Assembly (NCBI GenBank): GCA_964016885.1
Contig: CAXHJY010000329.1
Location: 62,001 to 126,000 of the forward strand
DNA: 64,000 bases
Source of the DNA: Eledone cirrhosa
Lineage: Eukaryota
Direction of reading: 5' to 3'
The notes under the pieces are model-generated. The model worked only from the letters and a program-made list of their open reading frames with translations, ran no database searches and was not told the DNA's origin. Position numbers and translations under genes: made by a program. Shown here piece by piece: positions 58,251 to 64,000 of this stretch (positions within the stretch are counted from its first letter, which is position 1; each line of letters starts with the position of its first letter).

Positions 58251-61200
58251 AATATTGGCAGAATGGGTGGAGCGTCAGACACCAGAGTTATGGTTTATAC
58301 GCCCTGTTATTAGACTATAATATTGGCAGAATGGGTGGAGCGTCAGACAACAGAGTTATGGTTTATACGCCCTCTTATTAGACTATAATATTGGCAGAAT
58401 GGGTGGAGCGTCAGACAACAGAGTTATGGTTTATACGCCCTGTTATTAGACTATAATATTGGCAGAATGGGTGGAGCGTCAGACAACAGAGTTATGGTTT
58501 ATACGCTCTGTTATCAGACTATAATATTGGCAGAATGGGTGGAGCGTCAGACACCAGAGTTATGGTTTATACGCCCTGTTATTAGACTATAATATTGGCA
58601 GAATGGGTGGAGCGTCAGACAACAGAGTTATGGTTTATACGCCCTGCTATTAGACAATAATATTGGCAGAATGGGTGGAGCGTCACACAACAGAGTTATG
58701 GTTTATACGCCCTGTTATTAGACTATAGTATTGGCAGAATGGGTGGAGCGTCAGACAACAGAGTTATGGTTTATACGCCCTGTTATTAGACTATAATATC
58801 GGCAGAATGGGTGGAGCGTCAGACACCAGAGTTATGGTTTATACGCCCTGTTATTAGACTATAATATTGGCAGAATGGGTGGAGCGTCAGACAACAGAGT
58901 TATGGTTTATACGCCCTGTTATTAGACTATAATATTGGCAGAATGGGTGGAGCATCAGACACCAGAGTTATGGTTTATACGCCCTGTTGTTAGACTATAA
59001 TATTGGCAGAATGGGTGGAGCGTCAGACACCAGAGTTATGGTTTATACGCCCTGTTATTAGACTATAATATTGGCAGAATGGGTGGAGCGTCAGACAACA
59101 GAGTTATGGTTTATACGCCCTGTTATTAGACTATAATATTGGCAGAATGGGTGGAGCGTCAGACAACAGAGTTATGGTTTATACGCCCTGTTATTAGACT
59201 ATAATATTGGCAGCATGGGTGGAGCGTCAGACACCAGAGTTATGGTTTATACGCCCTGTTATTAGACTATAATATTGGCAGAATGGGTGGAGCGTCAGAC
59301 AACAGAGTTATGGTTTATACGCCCTGTTATTAGACTATAATATTGGCAGAATGGGTGGAGCATCAGACACCAGAGTTATGGCTAATACGCCCTGTTATTA
59401 GACTATAATATTGGCAGAATGGGTGGAGCATCAGACACCAGAGTTATGGTTTATACGCCCTGTTGTTAGACTATAATATTGGCAGAATGGGTGGAGCATC
59501 AGACACCAGAGTTATGGTTTATACGCCCTGTTATTAGACTATAATATTGGCAGAATGGGTGGAGCATCAGACACCAGAGTTATGGTTTATACGCCCTGTT
59601 GTTAGACTATAATATTGGCAGAATGGGTGGAGCGTCAGACACCAGAGTTATGGTTTATACGCCCTGTTATTAGACTATAATATTGGCAGAATGAGTGGAG
59701 CGTCAGACAACAGAGTTATGGTTTATACGCCCTGTTATTAGACTATAATATTGGCAGAATGGGTGGAGCATCAGACACCAGAGTTATGGTTTATACGCCC
59801 TGTTGTTAGACTATAATATTGGCAGAATGGGTGGAGCGTCAGACACCAGAGTTATGGTTTATACGCCCTGTTATTAGACTATAATATTGGCAGAATGGGT
59901 GGAGCATCAGACACCAGAGTTATGGTTTATACGCCCTGTTATCAGACTATAATATTGGCAGAATGGGTGGAGCGTCAGACACCAGAGTTATGGTTTATAC
60001 GCCCTGTTATTAGACTATAATATCGGCAGAATGGGTGGAGCGTCAGACACCAGAGTTATGGTTTATACGCCCTGTTATTAGACTATAATATTGGCAGAAT
60101 GGGTGGAGCGTCAGACAACAGAGTTATGGTTTATACGCCCTGCTATTAGACAATAATATTGGCAGAATGGGTGGAGCGTCACACAACAGAGTTATGGTTT
60201 ATACGCCCTGTTATTAGACTATAGTATTGGCAGAATGGGTGGAGCGTCAGACAACAGAGTTATGGTTTATACGCCCTGTTATTAGACTATAATATCGGCA
60301 GAATGGGTGGAGCGTCAGACACCAGAGTTATGGTTTATACGCCCTGTTATTAGACTATAATATTGGCAGAATGGGTGGAGCGTCAGACAACAGAGTTATG
60401 GTTTATACGCCCTGTTATTAGACTATAATATTGGCAGAATGGGTGGAGCATCAGACACCAGAGTTATGGTTTATACGCCCTGTTGTTAGACTATAATATT
60501 GGCAGAATGGGTGGAGCGTCAGACACCAGAGTTATGGTTTATACGCCCTGTTATTAGACTATAATATTGGCAGAATGGGTGGAGCGTCAGACAACAGAGT
60601 TATGGTTTATACGCCCTGTTATTAGACTATAATATTGGCAGAATGGGTGGAGCGTCAGACAACAGAGTTATGGTTTATACGCCCTGTTATTAGACTATAA
60701 TATTGGCAGCATGGGTGGAGCGTCAGACACCAGAGTTATGGTTTATACGCCCTGTTATTAGACTATAATATTGGCAGAATGGGTGGAGCGTCAGACAACA
60801 GAGTTATGGTTTATACGCCCTGTTATTAGACTATAATATTGGCAGAATGGGTGGAGCATCAGACACCAGAGTTATGGCTAATACGCCCTGTTATTAGACT
60901 ATAATATTGGCAGAATGGGTGGAGCATCAGACACCAGAGTTATGGTTTATACGCCCTGTTGTTAGACTATAAATTTTGGCAGAATGGGTGGAGCATCAGA
61001 CACCAGAGTTATGGTTTATACGCCCTGTTATTAGACTATAATATTGGCAGAATGGGTGGAGCATCAGACACCAGAGTTATGGTTTATACGCCCTGTTGTT
61101 AGACTATAATATTGGCAGAATGGGTGGAGCGTCAGACACCAGAGTTATGGTTTATACGCCCTGTTATTAGACTATAATATTGGCAGAATGGGTGGAGCGT

Positions 61201-64000
61201 CAGACAACAGAGTTATGGTTTATACGCCCTGTTATTAGACTATAATATTGGCAGAATGGGTGGAGCATCAGACACCAGAGTTATGGTTTATACGCCCTGT
61301 TGTTAGACTATAATATTGGCAGAATGGGTGGAGCGTCAGACACCAGAGTTATGGTTTATACGCCCTGTTATTAGACTATAATATTGGCAGAATGGGTGGA
61401 GCATCAGACACCAGAGTTATGGTTTATACGCCCTGTTGTTAGACTATAATATTGGCAGAATGGGTGGAGCATCAGACACCAGAGTTATGGTTTATACGCC
61501 CTGTTGTTAGACTATAATATTGGCAGAATGGGTGGAGCGTCAGACACCAGAGTTATGGTTTATACGCCCTGTTATTAGACTATAATATTGGCAGAATGGG
61601 TGGAGCATCAGACACCAGAGTTATGGTTTATACGCCCTGTTGTTAGACTATAATATTGGTAGAATGGGTGGAGCGTCAGACACCAGAGTTATGGTTTATA
61701 CGCCCTGTTATTAGACTATAATATTGGCAGAATGGGTGGAGCGTCAGACAACAGAGTTATGGTTTATACGCCCTGTTATTAGACTATAATATTGGCAGAA
61801 TGGGTGGAGCGTCAGACAACAGAGTTATGGTTTATACGCCCTGTTATTAGACTATAATATTGGCAGAATGGGTGGGGCGTCAGACAACAGAGTTATAGTT
61901 TAAACGCCCTGTTATTAGACTATAATATTGGCAGAATGGGTGGAGCGTCTGACAACAGAGTTATGGTTTATACGCCCTGTTATTAGACTATAATATTGGC
62001 AGAATAGGTGGAGCGTCAGACAACAGAGTTATGGTTTATACGCCCTGTTATTAGACTATAATATTGGCAGAATGGGTGGAGCGTCAGACAACAGACTTAT
62101 GTTTTATACGCCCTGTTATTAGACTATAATATTGGCAGAATGGGTGGAGCGGCAGACAACAGAGATATGGTTTATACGCCCTGTTATTGGACTATAATAT
62201 TGGCAGAATCTGTGGAGCGTCAGACAATAGAGTTATGGTTTATACGCCCTGTTATTAGACTATAATATTGGCAGAATGGGTGGAGCGTCAGACACCAGAG
62301 TTATGGTTTATACGCCCTGTTATTAGACTATAATATTGGCAGAATGGGTGGAGCGTCAGACAACAGGTTTATGATTTATACGCCCTGTTATTAGACTATA
62401 ATATTGGCAGAATGGGTGGAGCGTCAGACAACAGAGTTATGGTTTATACGCCCTGTTATTAGACTATAATATTGGCAGAATGGGTGGAGCGTCAGACAAC
62501 AGAGTTATGGTTTATACGCCCTGTTATTAGACTATAATATTGGCAGAATGGGTGGAGCGTCAGACAACAGAGTTATGTTTTATACGCCCTGTTATTAGAC
62601 TATAATATTGGCAGAATGGGTGGAGTGTCAGACAACAGTGTTATGGTTTATACGCCCTGTTATTAGACTATAATATTGGCAGAATGGGTGGAGCGTCAGG
62701 CACCAGAGTTATGGTTTATACGCCCTGTTATTAGACTATAATATTGGCAGAATGGGTGGAGCGTCAGACACCAGAGTTCTGGTTTATGCGCCCTGTTATT
62801 AGACTATATTATTGGCAGAATGTGTGGAGCGTCAGACAACAGAGTTATGGTTTATACGCACTGTTATTAGACTATAATATTGGCAGAATGGGTGGAGCGT
62901 CAGACACCAGAGTTATGGTTTATACGCCCTGTTATTAGACTATAATATTGGCAGAATGGGTGGAGCGTCAGACAACAGAGTTATGGTTTATACGCCCTGT
63001 TATTAGACTATAATATTAGCAGAATGGGTGGAGCATCAGACACCAGAGTTATGGTTTATACGCCCTGTTATTAGACTATAATATTGGCAGAATGGGTGGA
63101 GCGTCAGACACCAGAGTTATAGTTTATACGCCCTGTTATTAGACTATAATATTGGCAGAATGGGTGGAGCATCAGACACCAGAGTTATGGTTTATACGCC
63201 CTGTTATTAGACTATAATATTGGCAGAATGGGTGGAGCATCAGACAGCAGAGTTATGGTTTATACGCCCTGTTATTAGACTATAATATTGGCAGAATGGG
63301 TGGAGCGTCAGACAACAGAGTTTTGGTTTATACGCCCTGTTATTAGACTATAATATTGGCAGAATGGGTGGAGCGTCAGACAACAGAGTTATGGTTTATA
63401 CGCCCTGTTATTAGACTATCATATTGGCAGAATGGGTGGAGCGTCAGACAACAGAGTTATGGTTTATACGCCCTGTTATTAGACTATAATATTGGCAGAA
63501 TGGGTGGAGCGTCAGACACCAGAGTTATGGTTTATACGCCCTGTTATTAGACTATAATATTGGCAGAATGGGTGGAGCGTCAGACAACAGAGTTATGGTT
63601 TATACGCCCTGTTATTAGACTATAATATTCGCAGAATGGGTGGAGCGTCAGACAACAGAGTTATGGTTTATACGCCCTGTTATTAGACTATAATATTGGC
63701 AGAATGGGTGGAGCGTCAGACAACAGAGTTATGGTTTATACGCTCTGTTATCAGACTATAATATTGGCAGAATGGGTGGAGCGTCAGACACCAGAGTTAT
63801 GGTTTATACGCCCTGTTATTAGACTATAATATTGGCAGAATGGGTGGAGCGTCAGACAACAGAGTTATGGTTTATACGCCCTGCTATTAGACAATAATAT
63901 TGGCAGAATGGGTGGAGCGTCACACAACAGAGTTATGGTTTATACGCCCTGTTATTAGACTATAGTATTGGCAGAATGGGTGGAGCGTCAGACAACAGAG

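Larger units (their letters stand above)
1..64000. repeat. Tandem satellite array, 68-bp monomer, 941 complete units plus 34-bp partial, single orientation, extending beyond both window ends
   Basis: ATTGGCAG recurs at 1, 69, 137 and onward. The last unit starts at 63967 = 1 + 941x68 - 22, which matches the indels counted. Most units differ from consensus by 0-3 substitutions. The main polymorphisms are monomer position 21 G/A and 29 A/C. Confidence 0.99.

Noticed and set aside
886-63550. 39 near-identical 64-89 aa ORFs (MAEWVERQ...)
   Set aside because: They are translations of three monomers in successive frames because 68 is not divisible by 3. They open only where a point variant removes the TAA (TATAAT to TATCAT, TATATT or TATACT), and the 89-aa case also loses the TAG. 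They start at TTG and show no recognisable domain.
1-64000. CRISPR array
   Set aside because: There are no unique spacers, since the whole 68 bp is repeated, and there are no cas genes or leader.
1-64000. Rolling-circle or sequencing concatemer artefact
   Set aside because: Rare variants and indels recur in the same order at multi-kb offsets, which random errors on a 68-bp template would not produce.
1-64000. tRNA, 5S or other structured RNA gene array, or transposon insertion
   Set aside because: I saw no cloverleaf, no convincing A/B boxes, no oligo-T terminator and no non-monomer sequence. Phase accounting leaves no room for an insertion unless its length is a multiple of 68.

Overview
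The whole 64 kb window is one uninterrupted head-to-tail tandem array of a 68-bp monomer (consensus ATTGGCAGAATGGGTGGAGCGTCAGACAACAGAGTTATGGTTTATACGCCCTGTTATTAGACTATAAT, 28/68 = 41% GC). It holds 941 full units plus a 34-bp partial unit, all in one orientation, and I saw no unique spacer, insertion, inversion, gene or RNA gene. It is best read as satellite DNA, probably eukaryotic, of a family I do not recognise. All ORFs in the track are by-products of stop-removing point variants. The information lies in the variants. First, ordered variant strings define nested duplications from 7 to about 363 monomers, including a near-perfect 94-monomer (6390 bp) tandem duplication. Second, only about 15 indel-bearing monomers of 4 types occur, and their net -22 bp explains the phase at the window end exactly. 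Third, each monomer carries an imperfect inverted repeat (monomer positions 21-34 and 49-62) whose mismatches are each repaired by a recurrent variant. Fourth, the minus strand carries a CACCC-CCAAT-TATAAA promoter-like motif order. I found no evidence for a protein-coding or CRISPR-type system. Variant positions were read by eye, so block boundaries are approximate.
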